Below are positions 1-9,419 of a DNA stretch of 64,000 bases, one piece after another. The translations under genes were made by a program, and so were the position numbers. Under the pieces are notes generated by a model, which ran no database searches, was not told the DNA's origin, and was given only the letters and a program-made list of their open reading frames with translations. Position 1 is the stretch's first letter, and every line of letters begins with the position of its first letter. This DNA is from an uncultured Candidatus Binatia bacterium. Its GTDB lineage: Bacteria; Desulfobacterota; Binatia; UBA9968; JAJDTQ01. Location: contig OZ251459.1 in the NCBI GenBank assembly GCA_965242525.1, positions 3,392,001-3,456,000 on the forward strand, in the 5' to 3' direction.

Positions 1-84
1 ACAGGCTCTTCCGGCTTTCGTGCGGGCAAGTTTCGTGTGGGCAAGGCAGGAGGGAAAGGGCCATGGGGTTTGCTCGCAAGGTCT

Positions 85-160
85 GGATTCCCGCTTTCGC
101 AGGAATGACGAGCGGGTGGGCTTTCGCGGGTATGACGAGGCGGGCTTTCGCAGGTATGAC
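85..160. repeat. Family-B palindromic repeat (GGATTCCCGCTTTCGC(G/A)GGAATGAC) followed by degenerate half-unit copies
   Basis: The same 25-mer occurs at 844, 38203 and 38837, and inverted at 38658 and 42284. It lies just downstream of a gene end. Confidence 0.85.
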
Positions 161-280
161 GGGATAGGGAGTGTCGCAACCCACACGAATTCCGGAAGCG
201 CCCCGAAAGATACCGGACCGGCCGGCGGCTCGACCCGGTGCGGACCTTCCCCCGGTCGGGAAGCCGGTCGCAGGGACGGG

Positions 281-775
281 TCAGGGCAGCGGCTCGATCT
301 GGCGCGGACCCTCCAGGATCATTTGCAGCCCGTACTTGGGATCGTCCCTGACCGTGCCCGTGAGCTCCACCTCCTGTCCCTGGAACCGGTCCGGATGGGC
401 GTCCTCGCGCAGGAAGGAATCCACCGCGGACGAGAATATGACCGCGGTGAAGGCGGACCGGGACGGGCCGAAGTCCAGGAAGTAGGTGTTGCTCCTGGAC
501 GAGTGCCCCACGCGGAAGACCCGTCCCCGGACCCGCGCCCGCGTCCCTGCAAGCTCCCGGAGCCGCTCCACCTCCACCACGTCCACCACCGGCAGCTCAG
601 CCGTGACTGTGGATTCGAGGGCCGAAACGCCGGACGGAAAGCCGTCGCACGGCGGCGCGCCGGTCCAGAGCCGGTACGAGAAATGGCTCAGGGAACCGGA
701 AAGGAACACCGCCAGCAGAAGCGCCGCGGACCGAACCGAAAGCCGCTTTTGGAATACCGAGAACCTGAACGCCAT
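281..775 (-). CDS. Membrane-anchored/exported OB-fold (nucleic-acid-binding-like) protein
   Basis: N-terminal hydrophobic stretch, then the OB-fold pattern 'VRGRVFRV...YFLDFG...FTAVIF...GQEVELTGTV...QMILEGPRQI'. Confidence 0.65.
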   Translation of the reverse strand: MAFRFSVFQKRLSVRSAALLLAVFLSGSLSHFSYRLWTGAPPCDGFPSGVSALESTVTAELPVVDVVEVERLRELAGTRARVRGRVFRVGHSSRSNTYFLDFGPSRSAFTAVIFSSAVDSFLREDAHPDRFQGQEVELTGTVRDDPKYGLQMILEGPRQIEPLP

Positions 776-824
776 GACCCGACTCCCTGGAATAGGGAAT
801 CGGCGTGACGGCGGGGATCTTTAG
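761..824 (+). repeat. Imperfect ~64-bp direct repeat, copy 1 (copy 2 at 1561-1624)
   Basis: GCCATGACCCGACTCCCTGGAA(T/C)AGGGAATCGGCGTGACGGCGGG recurs exactly 800 bp downstream. Confidence 0.85.
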
Positions 825-843
825 GGAGTTATCCGGCAAAATA

Positions 844-940
844 GATTCCCGCTTTCGCGGGAATGACGGGGGCAGGCGTCTGCGGCATGACGGGGCGAGC
901 GTCCGCGGGAATGCCGGCCTGAGTGTCCTCGGGAATGACG
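844..940. repeat. Family-B palindromic repeat plus degenerate GGGAATGAC half units
   Basis: GATTCCCGCTTTCGCGGGAATGAC at 844-867, followed by ~25-bp spaced variants. Confidence 0.8.
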
Positions 941-1012
941 GCGTGACCCCTGTCGCCCCCCTTCTCCTGCCTTACCCACACGAAAGCCCGAAGGCCCAGC
1001 CCAGCCAAGCGG

Positions 1013-1330
1013 CTAACTGGCCACTGTCGGGGAGAGCCTCAGCACGGCAATAGCAATGGTGGCGGCCAGTCCCATGCCTCCGATGATTCCCCCCAACCAC
1101 CATACCTTGAGTTTTTGGAGGTCTTCCTTGGTAGCAAAGTACTGTATATGGGTTTCAAAGTGCTGCAAATGGGTTTCGAGTTTCTGCAGGTCTTCCTTGG
1201 TAGCGAGGTACCGGAAGTGGGTTTCCAGTCTCGTGAGCCGATTTTCCAGACCATCGCTGACCCCCCTGCTGCCGCTCTCCGCTGCGGGCGGGTCAGGAGG
1301 AGCCTTGAAATCCGGGTTGGCGCTCATCAC
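1013..1330 (-). CDS. Small coiled-coil protein with C-terminal TM helix (DUF1640/CCDC90-like 'ATKEDL' repeats)
   Basis: Two 'LETHxxY(L/F)ATKEDLQKL' repeats followed by the hydrophobic 'WWLGGIIGGMGLAATIAIAVL'. Confidence 0.65.
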   Translation of the reverse strand: MMSANPDFKAPPDPPAAESGSRGVSDGLENRLTRLETHFRYLATKEDLQKLETHLQHFETHIQYFATKEDLQKLKVWWLGGIIGGMGLAATIAIAVLRLSPTVAS

Positions 1331-1560
1331 TGTTTCTCCATGTCCTTATGCCAGTCCTGCCGAGGCACGGCCTTCTCCCTTCGTCCCAAAGAACCGACCA
1401 CCGCCAGCCGAGCGCAGCCGGTTTGGTTTTTCTCCCGACCGCCCATGCAGGTCTCACTCTACTGCAACGGGACCCTGGAATGCAACGTTTTCCGCACTCC
1501 ACAAGGCTATCGTTCCGTCGTTCCCTTGCATACGGGACAGGGTATCAGGACAACTTCCAG

Positions 1561-1624
1561 GGACCTGGACGCCATGACCCGACTCCCTGGAACAGGGAAT
1601 CGGCGTGACGGCGGGATTCTTTAG
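1561..1624 (+). repeat. Imperfect ~64-bp direct repeat, copy 2
   Basis: Matches 761-824. Confidence 0.85.
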
Positions 1625-1696
1625 CGATTCTTCGACAGGGTTCCCTCGGCGACCCGTACGTCCGGACGCTCCGGGCAGGCGCCGCGCCCGGCCCGT

Positions 1697-3025
1697 TCAG
1701 GGCAGGCACATTTCGAGGATGAGCCGCTCCATGGCGGCCTGGGGTTCGACGCCGGAGGACTTGAGGCGGGCGTCGGTCTCCCGGACCAGGCGGAGGAAAA
1801 CCCTGAGCTTGGGGAGGGGGAACTTCTCGGCTCGCTGCAACGTCAGGTAGTTGGCGTAGGGGCTCTTGGTGGGCATTCCTTCGGTGTCCGCAGGCACCTG
1901 CTGCTGGAACTGGGCAAAGGACATGGACCGGCGCCAGACTCCGGCCAACTCGTGGTCGAGGAGTTGGCGGGCGCTGAGGAGGCGGCGCACTTGGCTGGCG
2001 ATGGCCCCCAGCACCCGCAGCGGGTACTCGCCGTTGGCCAGGAGGCGCCTGAGAAAGCCCAGGGACTGAAGCGCGTCCCTCCGTCCCAGGGAATCGGTCA
2101 GGTCGAACACCCAGCTCTCCGACTGGTCGATGAAGACCTCGTCCACGTCGGACGGGCCCACGGTGTCGGAGTCCCCCACGTACAGGAGCAGCTTCTCGAT
2201 CTCCTGCTGGACCGTCCATAGCTCGTTGCCGCACCGGGACAGCAGGGTCTCCCGGGCCCGGGGGTCGATGCGCTTGCGCGCCTGCCGAAGGCCCTGGTCC
2301 AGGAACGCGGCCAGGAACTCGCGGCGGATGCGCCCGCTCCGGTCCCGCTCCACCCCGAGATCGACGACGCAGCCGTTGCGGCCCAACTGCTTGTAGGCGC
2401 GTCCGCGCTTGTCCACCTGGGAGGCCAGCAGCAGCAGGCGGCAACCGTCGGGCAACCCTCGCTCCAGCAGTTGCAGGATCCGGCCCTGCTCGTCGGCCTT
2501 GGGGTTGCCCAAAGGGAGCTTCTGTTCGCGGCAATACTGCCACACCGCCTGGACCTCCCGCGCGCGGGTCCGGTAGTCCTTGAGGGTTTGGGCGAGCTCC
2601 GACGGGTCCTGCGCCTCCTGCCACTGCTCCCGCGTCCAGCCCTCCGAACGCAGCAACGCCATGAAGGCGCGTCCGCTCTCGTCCCTCTGCCCCTCCTCCC
2701 AGAGGCCCAGCGACTTCTCGAGCAGGTCCGTCTTCCGTTCCGCGGGGGCGAACCAGGGGACGGACTCCACCACCACCGTGCACGTGGGGGCGAACAGGGA
2801 CGGGGTCAGGAGGGCGGCTTCGATGTCCGCCCACGGAGCGGTCCGCGCGTCGAACCTCGACGTGTCGAGGCCGCGTTCCGAATCCGGGGCGACGACCTTC
2901 AGCACCGCCCGGCTCGTGCTGCGGACGCGGTACTCGTCCCCGTGGAGCAGGATGACGGACGGCCCCTTTCCTTCGCGAAGGCTCTGCAGGAGCGTCCTTG
3001 CGCCGTCGGTGGCGGCTGCGGCCAT
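1697..3025 (-). CDS. holA: DNA polymerase III delta subunit
   Basis: 'ILLHGDEY', 'TPSLFA', 'EIEKLLLY', 'VFDLTDSL' and 'ETDARLKSSG...MERLIL' are typical HolA motifs. Confidence 0.9.
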   Translation of the reverse strand: MAAAATDGARTLLQSLREGKGPSVILLHGDEYRVRSTSRAVLKVVAPDSERGLDTSRFDARTAPWADIEAALLTPSLFAPTCTVVVESVPWFAPAERKTDLLEKSLGLWEEGQRDESGRAFMALLRSEGWTREQWQEAQDPSELAQTLKDYRTRAREVQAVWQYCREQKLPLGNPKADEQGRILQLLERGLPDGCRLLLLASQVDKRGRAYKQLGRNGCVVDLGVERDRSGRIRREFLAAFLDQGLRQARKRIDPRARETLLSRCGNELWTVQQEIEKLLLYVGDSDTVGPSDVDEVFIDQSESWVFDLTDSLGRRDALQSLGFLRRLLANGEYPLRVLGAIASQVRRLLSARQLLDHELAGVWRRSMSFAQFQQQVPADTEGMPTKSPYANYLTLQRAEKFPLPKLRVFLRLVRETDARLKSSGVEPQAAMERLILEMCLP

Positions 3026-3029
3026 GGGG

Positions 3030-3227
3030 TCAGCGCCTCGACACCCACATCTGGTTCTTGTCGTTCCAGACGTAGTCCGATTTCCACACCTTCAGACCCA
3101 CCGTGAAGTCGCCGCCGGACCTCGACAGGAAGACTTTCTGGGTCGAATGGGGGATGTCCACCCTGGCCACCAGCATGACCTGCTTGTTCAAGTCCCGCCG
3201 CACCAGCACTCGGTCCCCCACCTCCAT
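3030..3227 (-). CDS. Small hypothetical protein (65 aa, SH3/KOW-like start 'MEVGDRVLVRR')
   Basis: ATG at 3227. It is the C-terminal part of track ORF 3030..4421, has protein-like composition and stops 4 nt before holA. Confidence 0.6.
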   Translation of the reverse strand: MEVGDRVLVRRDLNKQVMLVARVDIPHSTQKVFLSRSGGDFTVGLKVWKSDYVWNDKNQMWVSRR

Positions 3228-3545
3228 GGCGGTACGCTGTACCCTGGCTCGCCTCACACCCCGAAGGGTAACACCGGCGGCCCGGCCGCGCAATTTCACC
3301 GGAGGCGCCCGCGGCCGTAAACGCGGCTGCGACCGCGGCTTGACAACCATACGGCGCTTCTCTATGAGGATAGGGGCGGGGCCGCCGGACGCTTGGGCCG
3401 GCGGCGGAGTCCGCACGGACCGTCCGGTCCGAGGGGCCACGCAGGACCCGCCCGCCGCATCCATTCCTGCCGTTGGAGACAGAGAGCGTAGCGCTGGGGA
3501 ACCTGCGCCGGATCGGTCCCCGGGACCGGGATCAGGAGGCCGTCG

Positions 3546-4493
3546 ATGCGTTTCGTCACTTACAACTTCCAGAGGGAGAACCGTCTCGGCCTGATGACCG
3601 GCGAGGACCAGATCATGGACCTCCGGCAGGTCAGCAAGCGCTATCTGCCGGGGTCCGCGGCCTCGTACCTGGACAGCATGCAGGCGTTCCTCGACGCCGG
3701 CGCCAAGGCGTTGCAAACCGCCAGGAAAGCGGCCCGCTACGTGGAGGAGCTGGATTCCAAGGGCGTCCGACGGCTCGCCCAGATTGACGTCCTGGTGAAG
3801 CGCAACCGCGCCCGGCTGTTGTCGCCCATCCCCGCGCCGCGAAAGAACGTCATCTGCCTGGGGGTGAACTACCAGGAGCACATCGACGAGGGCGACCGGG
3901 TCCGGGACGTGAAACTCGACACGCCCCAGGCCCCGGTGTTCTTCACCAAGCCGGCCACCGCGGTCATCGGGGACCAGGGCCGGGTGCTGGCCCATTCGGC
4001 CACCGACAAGATCGACTGGGAGGTGGAGTTGGCCGTGGTCATCGGCCGCAAGGGCAGGAACATCCCCCGGGCCAAGGCCAACGACTACGTCTTCGGTTAC
4101 ACCGTCTGCCTGGACATGACCGCCCGGGACCTCCAGCGCCGCCACCTCCAGTGGTTCAAGGGCAAGGCCCTGGACACTTTCTGCCCCCTGGGTCCCTGCA
4201 TCGTGCACAAGAGCGCCATGCCCGACCCGCAGAACGTCAGGCTCCAGTGCCGCGTCAACGGCGAGACCATGCAGGACGGCAACAGCCGGGACATGATCTT
4301 CGACATCCCCACCACCATCGAGCAGCTTTCCCATGGCATGACACTGGAACCCGGCGACGTCATCAGCACGGGAACCCCGTCGGGGGTGGGTTTCGCCCGC
4401 ACGCCGCCCGTTTTCCTCCACCCCGGGGACAAAGTGGAAGGGGAAGTGGAGGGCGTCGGCGTGCTCGAAGTCAAGATCGCCGCGGCCCGTTAG
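3546..4493 (+). CDS. Fumarylacetoacetate hydrolase family protein
   Basis: 'ICLGVNY..H', 'FFTKP', 'DWEVELAVVIG', 'DMTARDLQ', 'GKALDTFCPLGP', 'GDVISTGTPSGVG'. Confidence 0.95.
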   Translation: MRFVTYNFQRENRLGLMTGEDQIMDLRQVSKRYLPGSAASYLDSMQAFLDAGAKALQTARKAARYVEELDSKGVRRLAQIDVLVKRNRARLLSPIPAPRKNVICLGVNYQEHIDEGDRVRDVKLDTPQAPVFFTKPATAVIGDQGRVLAHSATDKIDWEVELAVVIGRKGRNIPRAKANDYVFGYTVCLDMTARDLQRRHLQWFKGKALDTFCPLGPCIVHKSAMPDPQNVRLQCRVNGETMQDGNSRDMIFDIPTTIEQLSHGMTLEPGDVISTGTPSGVGFARTPPVFLHPGDKVEGEVEGVGVLEVKIAAAR

Positions 4494-4537
4494 CGGGGCC
4501 GGCAGGTCCCGTCGGACGCGGGTTCCGAGAGCTCCCC

Positions 4538-4738
4538 GTGGTCATCCGCATCAACGGCAAAGACAGCGAGGTGGCGGCCGACATCAGCGTCGCCCGACTG
4601 CTGGAGGACCTGGAGTTGCGGCCCGGGCGCGTGGTGGTGGAGCTCAACGCCCGGGTGCTCTCGCGCGACGCCCACGGCGCCACGCGCCTCGAGCAGGGGG
4701 ACGAGGTGGAGATCGTCCACTTCGTGGGCGGTGGATAG
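4538..4738 (+). CDS. thiS: Thiamine biosynthesis sulfur carrier ThiS
   Basis: GTG start, 66 aa, 'IRING...VVVELN...GDEVEIVHFVGGG' with a C-terminal GG; immediately upstream of thiG. Confidence 0.92.
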   Translation: MVIRINGKDSEVAADISVARLLEDLELRPGRVVVELNARVLSRDAHGATRLEQGDEVEIVHFVGGG

Positions 4739-4744
4739 AGAACC

Positions 4745-5554
4745 ATGACCGATCCCGTATCCCAAGGCCCGGGGGCGGCGCCCTCCGATGGCCTGCGTCT
4801 GGCCGGGAGGGAGTACCGCTCCCGGTTGATCGTCGGCACGGGCAAGTACCGCGACTTCGAGGAAACCCGCAAGGCCATCGAGGCTTCCGGGGCCGAGATC
4901 GTGACGGTGGCGGTCCGGCGCGTCAACGTGGTCGATCTGGACCGGGAGAACCTGCTCGACTACCTGGATCCCGCCAAGTTCACCATCCTCCCCAACACCG
5001 CGGGCTGCCATACCCCGGACGAAGCCGTGCGGACCTGCCGCCTGGCCCGGGAAGCGGGGGTCGGCAGCATGATCAAGCTCGAAGTCATCGGCGACGACAG
5101 GACGCTCTTCCCCGACACCCCGGGCACCCTCGAAGCCGCGCGGCTGCTGGTGGAGGACGGCTTTACGGTGCTGCCGTACATCAGCGACGACGTGGTCACC
5201 GCCCGGAAGCTCGAAGACATGGGCTGCGCCGCGGTGATGCCCCTGGCCGCGCCCATCGGCTCCGGCCTGGGTATCCGCAACCCCTACAACATCCGCATCA
5301 TCCAGGAGAACGTCTCCATCCCGGTCATCGTGGATGCGGGGGTGGGGACCGCCTCCGACGCCGCCATCGTCATGGAGATGGGCTGCGACGGCGTGCTCAT
5401 GAACACGGCCATCGCCGGGGCCCGGGACCCGGTTCTCATGGCCGACGCCATGAAGCTCGCGGTGGAGGCCGGGCGCAAGGCGTTCCTGGCCGGGCGCATC
5501 CCCAGGAAGCTCTACGCCACCGCGTCGAGTCCCATCGAAGGACTCCTCGCCTGA
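4745..5554 (+). CDS. thiG: Thiazole synthase
   Basis: '[10 protein letters not shown]', 'LPNTAGC', 'IKLEVIGD', '[13 protein letters not shown]', '[11 protein letters not shown]'. Confidence 0.97.
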   Translation: MTDPVSQGPGAAPSDGLRLAGREYRSRLIVGTGKYRDFEETRKAIEASGAEIVTVAVRRVNVVDLDRENLLDYLDPAKFTILPNTAGCHTPDEAVRTCRLAREAGVGSMIKLEVIGDDRTLFPDTPGTLEAARLLVEDGFTVLPYISDDVVTARKLEDMGCAAVMPLAAPIGSGLGIRNPYNIRIIQENVSIPVIVDAGVGTASDAAIVMEMGCDGVLMNTAIAGARDPVLMADAMKLAVEAGRKAFLAGRIPRKLYATASSPIEGLLA

Positions 5555-5587
5555 CCGGCGTCCCGCGGGGAACGTCGGGCCGGACCC

Positions 5588-6259
5588 TTGAGAGCCGTCG
5601 ATTTCGACCTGTACCTCGTCACCGACCGCAAGGCCACCGCGGGCCGGGACCTGCTGTGGGTGCTGGAGCAGGCGTTGGAGGGCGGAGTCCGGGCGGTGCA
5701 ACTGCGGGAAAAGGACCTGGGCGGGCGGGCGCTGCTGGAGCTCGCGCGAGAAGTGAAGCGGCTGTGCGACGGCTACGGCGCCGAGCTCTTCGTCAACGAC
5801 CGCGTGGACGTGGCTTTGGCCGCGGACGCCGCGGGCGTGCACCTGGCCGCGGACTCCATGCCCGCGGCGACGGCCCGGGCGCTCCTCGGCGCGGACCGCA
5901 AGATCGGCGTGTCCACCCACTCCCCCGCGGAGGTCCGCGCCGCGGCCCGGGCGGGCGCAGACTTCGTGGTCTTCGGACCGGTGTTCGCCACCCCGTCCAA
6001 GACGCGGTTCGGCGACCCCCAGGGACCCGCGGCCCTCGGGGCCGTCACGGACGGCGCGCAACTGCCGGTCTTCGCCATCGGCGGCGTCACCGAGCGCAAC
6101 CTGCCCGAGATCAAGGCCGCCGGCACGGACCGGGTCGCCCTGGTCTCCGCGGTATCGGAGGCGCCCGACCCCAAGGCCGCGGCCCGGCGCCTCCTGGCGG
6201 CGTTGCGGGTCCGGGACCCGGCCAAGGAAACTCGGAACAACGATTCCCGTTCGCCCTAA
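5588..6259 (+). CDS. thiE: Thiamine-phosphate synthase
   Basis: 'LYLVTD', 'VQLREKD', 'VNDRVDVA', 'GVHL', 'GVSTHS', 'GPVFATPSK', 'AIGGV'; follows thiG. Confidence 0.9.
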   Translation: MRAVDFDLYLVTDRKATAGRDLLWVLEQALEGGVRAVQLREKDLGGRALLELAREVKRLCDGYGAELFVNDRVDVALAADAAGVHLAADSMPAATARALLGADRKIGVSTHSPAEVRAAARAGADFVVFGPVFATPSKTRFGDPQGPAALGAVTDGAQLPVFAIGGVTERNLPEIKAAGTDRVALVSAVSEAPDPKAAARRLLAALRVRDPAKETRNNDSRSP

Positions 6260-6370
6260 GCGTAGCGTAGCGAAGTTCCCCGTTCATCCTGAGCGTAGCA
6301 AAGCGAAGTCGAAGGACGTGCTCTTCCACAGCGAGAAGGAGCCCAAGCCGGAATGGATCAGAAGTTCCCT
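6226..6370. mobile_element. Degenerate MITE copy carrying family-A hairpins
   Basis: GGAAACTCGGAACAA ... ATCAGAAGTTCC ends resemble the TIRs at 42018/42192; internal CCGTTC.TCCTGAGCGTAGC..AGCGAAGTCGAAGGAC. Confidence 0.55.
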
Positions 6371-6458
6371 GAGCATTCGAGCCCCGGGACACCGGCCCAA
6401 GGCTGCCCGGAAACGTGACGCGGCCTGCCGCGGGTGACCGGAGAAAGGGAGGGAATCA

Positions 6459-7259
6459 ATGAGGGATCTCGGACTCCAGGGCAAGGTGGTCCTCATCACC
6501 GGCGGCGCCGGGGTGCTGGGCAGCGCTTTCGCGCAAGGGTTCATCGACCACGGCGCCAGGGTCGCAGTCAACGACCTCAGGGAAGAGAAGGCGCTGGAAT
6601 GCATCGACCGGCTCACCGGCCCGGCCGTGGAGGCCATCCCCGCCCCTGGCGACGTGTCGGACGACGCCGACGTGGCGCGGATGGCGACGGGGGTGGTGGA
6701 ACGCTACGGCGCCATCGACGTGCTGGTCAACGCCGCGGCCGTGCAGATCTATCCGCCCAAGACCCTGAGCGAGATGGAGCCCGGCGAGTGGGACTTCGTG
6801 CTGGACATCTGCCTCAAGGCCGCCTACCTGTGCGCGCGCCACGTGGCGCCGGTGATGAAACGGCAGGGAGCCGGCAAGATCGTCAACATCGCGTCCATCG
6901 CCGGTCACCGGGGCACGGCCGGAGGCTCGGCCTACAGCGCGGCCAAGGGCGGAGTGGTGATGCTCACCCGGCAGATGGCCGTGGAACTGGGGCCGGACAA
7001 CATCAACGTGAACTCCGTGAGTCCGGGCTTCACGCCCAACCGCCTCACCACCGTTTACGAGTACGAGGCCCTGTCCAAGGGCGAGGGGAGGGGGCCCGAG
7101 CCTTCCCACGCCGCAGGCGAGTTCACCCCGCCGGCGCTGGGAAGGAAGGGCGAGGTCGAGGACTTCGTGGGTCCGGTGCTGTTCCTCGCCTCCCGCTGGG
7201 CCGACTACATCACCGGCGCCGACCTGCCCGTGGAGGGAGGCCGCATGGCCGCCCGGTAA
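6459..7259 (+). CDS. SDR family oxidoreductase
   Basis: 'TGGAGVLG', 'VNAAA', 'NIAS', 'YSAAK' (YxxxK), 'VNSVSPG'. Confidence 0.95.
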   Translation: MRDLGLQGKVVLITGGAGVLGSAFAQGFIDHGARVAVNDLREEKALECIDRLTGPAVEAIPAPGDVSDDADVARMATGVVERYGAIDVLVNAAAVQIYPPKTLSEMEPGEWDFVLDICLKAAYLCARHVAPVMKRQGAGKIVNIASIAGHRGTAGGSAYSAAKGGVVMLTRQMAVELGPDNINVNSVSPGFTPNRLTTVYEYEALSKGEGRGPEPSHAAGEFTPPALGRKGEVEDFVGPVLFLASRWADYITGADLPVEGGRMAAR

Positions 7260-7377
7260 CGCCCGCGGGAAGGGCCTCCACTGCCGCGGTACGGCTCCGC
7301 ACGCGCCGACGCTTGCCCACATGCGCGGCCAACTGTTAGATTGGCTGCTGACCCTTCCCCCAACGTCGTCCCTCCGG

Positions 7378-7453
<76 letters not shown>

Positions 7454-7664
7454 GCCTTTTCCGTTACTTGGTCCGAACTTCTCGAGTGGTGACGAGGTAA
7501 CTGATCGATTTGACCAAGTTTCATGCTGGGGGGTCACTGCTGTCCGGGATATTTCTCGTCAGTGTGCCGTAACCTGTCGTAGTCAAAGGGGAAAGCCTTC
7601 ATTTGGGCTGTCACCGACTTGAACGGCGCCAAGGATTCGAAGCACCCTCTTCCATGGAGACGAG

Positions 7665-7707
7665 CGCGCCCTTCGACTCCGCTTCGCTACGCTCAGGACG
7701 AACGGGG
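7665..7707 (+). repeat. Family-A REP-like repeat (G.CCTTCGACT.CGCT.CGCTACGCTCAGGACGAACGG)
   Basis: About 15 intergenic loci in the window: ~6247, 7665, 16900, 35911, 36645, 38756, 39002, 42052, 49967, 50170, 53347, 53514, 55461, 63091, 63251. Confidence 0.9.
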
Positions 7708-7733
7708 ATGGAAGGTCACGTGAGGGAACGCCC

Positions 7734-9419
7734 TCAACCACGGTTCGATTTTTCGTCGGCAAGCCCGTATGTCTCCCGGGCCTGCCGTCGTGACACGTAT
7801 CCGTCCTCGACGTCCTGGCGCACGAGTTCCGGGGGACGTTCCCGGGGGTTGCCGTAACCGCCGCCTCCGCTGCGGAAGACGGCGAGTCTGGCGCCGGCCC
7901 GCAGCGACCGGGTTTCCAGGATATCGACTTCGGACGGCTCTTCGCCCGGTTGCTGGATCGTGGTCCTGGAGGTGGGCGGGCCTCCGCCGCCGTTCAGGCC
8001 CCATGACGCCTGTCGATGGTTTGCCGAGCGCACCGTGAGCATGCAGTCGGACAGGAACTCGTACTCGCGGACGAACCCGGCGCCGCCGCGCCAGCGCCCG
8101 GGGCCGGCCGAGTCCGGCCAGATCTCGTAACGGCGGACGGTAACGGGATATTCCGTCTCCAGGATCTCCACCGGCGTGCCGGGGGCGAAATGGTTGACCG
8201 GCATCACGATGGACGCTCCGTCATGGTCGCGGGTGCCGCCCAGCGAGGTGATCAGGATCTCGTACTGGACGGTGGGCCGGCCCGAACGGCCTTCCCCGTA
8301 GCCGACGGCAATGGCGCCGGCGCCCAGGCCGGAGGGGGCCACCGCCCGGCGGGGGTTGAAGCGTCCGACCGCGGCGAGGACGCAGTTATAGACCAAGTGG
8401 GACGTGGGAAAGTAGTGGTTGACGGTTGCCGGGAAACGGGGGCTCAGCACGAGCCCCGGCGGCATCTCGAACTCGACGGCCTCGAACGCGCCCGCGTTCA
8501 TGGGGATGCTCGGGTCCGACGCCGCCAGGACCGCTTGCATGGAGACCGCCCGAGCCGTTACCCCCGTCGTGTTCACGGGTCCGGGGGCCTGGGGGTCGCT
8601 GCCGGAGAAGTCGAGGGTCAACCGCTCCCCGGCCTTGACGGCCCGGACATGCACCCGCACTGGCCTGGACCGGTCCGCGCCGTCGTGGTCCAGGAACCCT
8701 TCCGCCTCGAACTCCCCGTCCGGCCATGAGGCGATCTCGCTGCGGACCCGGTTCGTCGTGCGCGTCAGCAGTTCCTCGACAGCGCCGAGCAGGGTGTCCG
8801 CGCCGTATTCGCGCAGCAGCGCCTGGAACCGGCTGGCCCCGAGCCTCGTGGCCCCCACCTGTCCGCGCAGGTCGCCGAGCACCACGTCCGGAATGCGGCT
8901 GTTGTTGCGAAGGATCGCCTCCACCTCGGGCTGTACTCCCTCGGACGTGGCGAACCGCACCGGCGGCAGCAGGATCCCGTCGTGGAAGATCTCGCGCGCG
9001 GCGGCACCGCTCGACCCCGGCACAAGGCCGCCGACGTCGGCCTTGTGGGCCACGCTGACGCCGAAAGCCACCACCCTGCCCTCGTGGAAAGCCGGCGTCG
9101 CCACGACCATGTCGGGCACATGGCTGTTCCCCGCCTTGTAGGGATCGTTGGAAACGAACGAATCCCCTTCGCTCATGTCCGCCGCCGGATAGCGTTCCAG
9201 GACGCCGGCCACCGACTGCGAATACAGCAGGGAATGGTATTGGAGGCCTCCGCCCACCATGATTACCCGGCCGTCGCGGTCGGTCAGCCCGGCGGTGCCG
9301 TCCTGGGACTCGCGCAGGATCGGCGAGTAGCCGCTGTGGAACAGCGCGTGCGCCATGGACGCGGTGACCTCCCGCAGCCGGCTCAGCACGACCTCGATGG
9401 TGATGGGATCCAGGCTCAT
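7734..9419 (-). CDS. Hydantoinase B/oxoprolinase family subunit
   Basis: True start 'MSLDPITIEVV' at 9419 overlaps the upstream stop; 'YSPILRESQD', 'NDPY...HVPD', 'HKADVGG', 'EIFHDG', 'DSAGPGRWRGG', 'GGGGYGNP'. Confidence 0.93.
   Translation of the reverse strand: MSLDPITIEVVLSRLREVTASMAHALFHSGYSPILRESQDGTAGLTDRDGRVIMVGGGLQYHSLLYSQSVAGVLERYPAADMSEGDSFVSNDPYKAGNSHVPDMVVATPAFHEGRVVAFGVSVAHKADVGGLVPGSSGAAAREIFHDGILLPPVRFATSEGVQPEVEAILRNNSRIPDVVLGDLRGQVGATRLGASRFQALLREYGADTLLGAVEELLTRTTNRVRSEIASWPDGEFEAEGFLDHDGADRSRPVRVHVRAVKAGERLTLDFSGSDPQAPGPVNTTGVTARAVSMQAVLAASDPSIPMNAGAFEAVEFEMPPGLVLSPRFPATVNHYFPTSHLVYNCVLAAVGRFNPRRAVAPSGLGAGAIAVGYGEGRSGRPTVQYEILITSLGGTRDHDGASIVMPVNHFAPGTPVEILETEYPVTVRRYEIWPDSAGPGRWRGGAGFVREYEFLSDCMLTVRSANHRQASWGLNGGGGPPTSRTTIQQPGEEPSEVDILETRSLRAGARLAVFRSGGGGYGNPRERPPELVRQDVEDGYVSRRQARETYGLADEKSNRG

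Noticed and set aside
4494-4537. TPP riboswitch before thiSGE
   Set aside because: The gap is too short, and no CUGAGA-type TPP core is seen here or upstream of the FAH gene.
7454-7660. Integrative element at tRNA-Thr
   Set aside because: A short AT-richer stretch follows the tRNA, but I found no integrase and no duplicate of the tRNA 3' end in the window.
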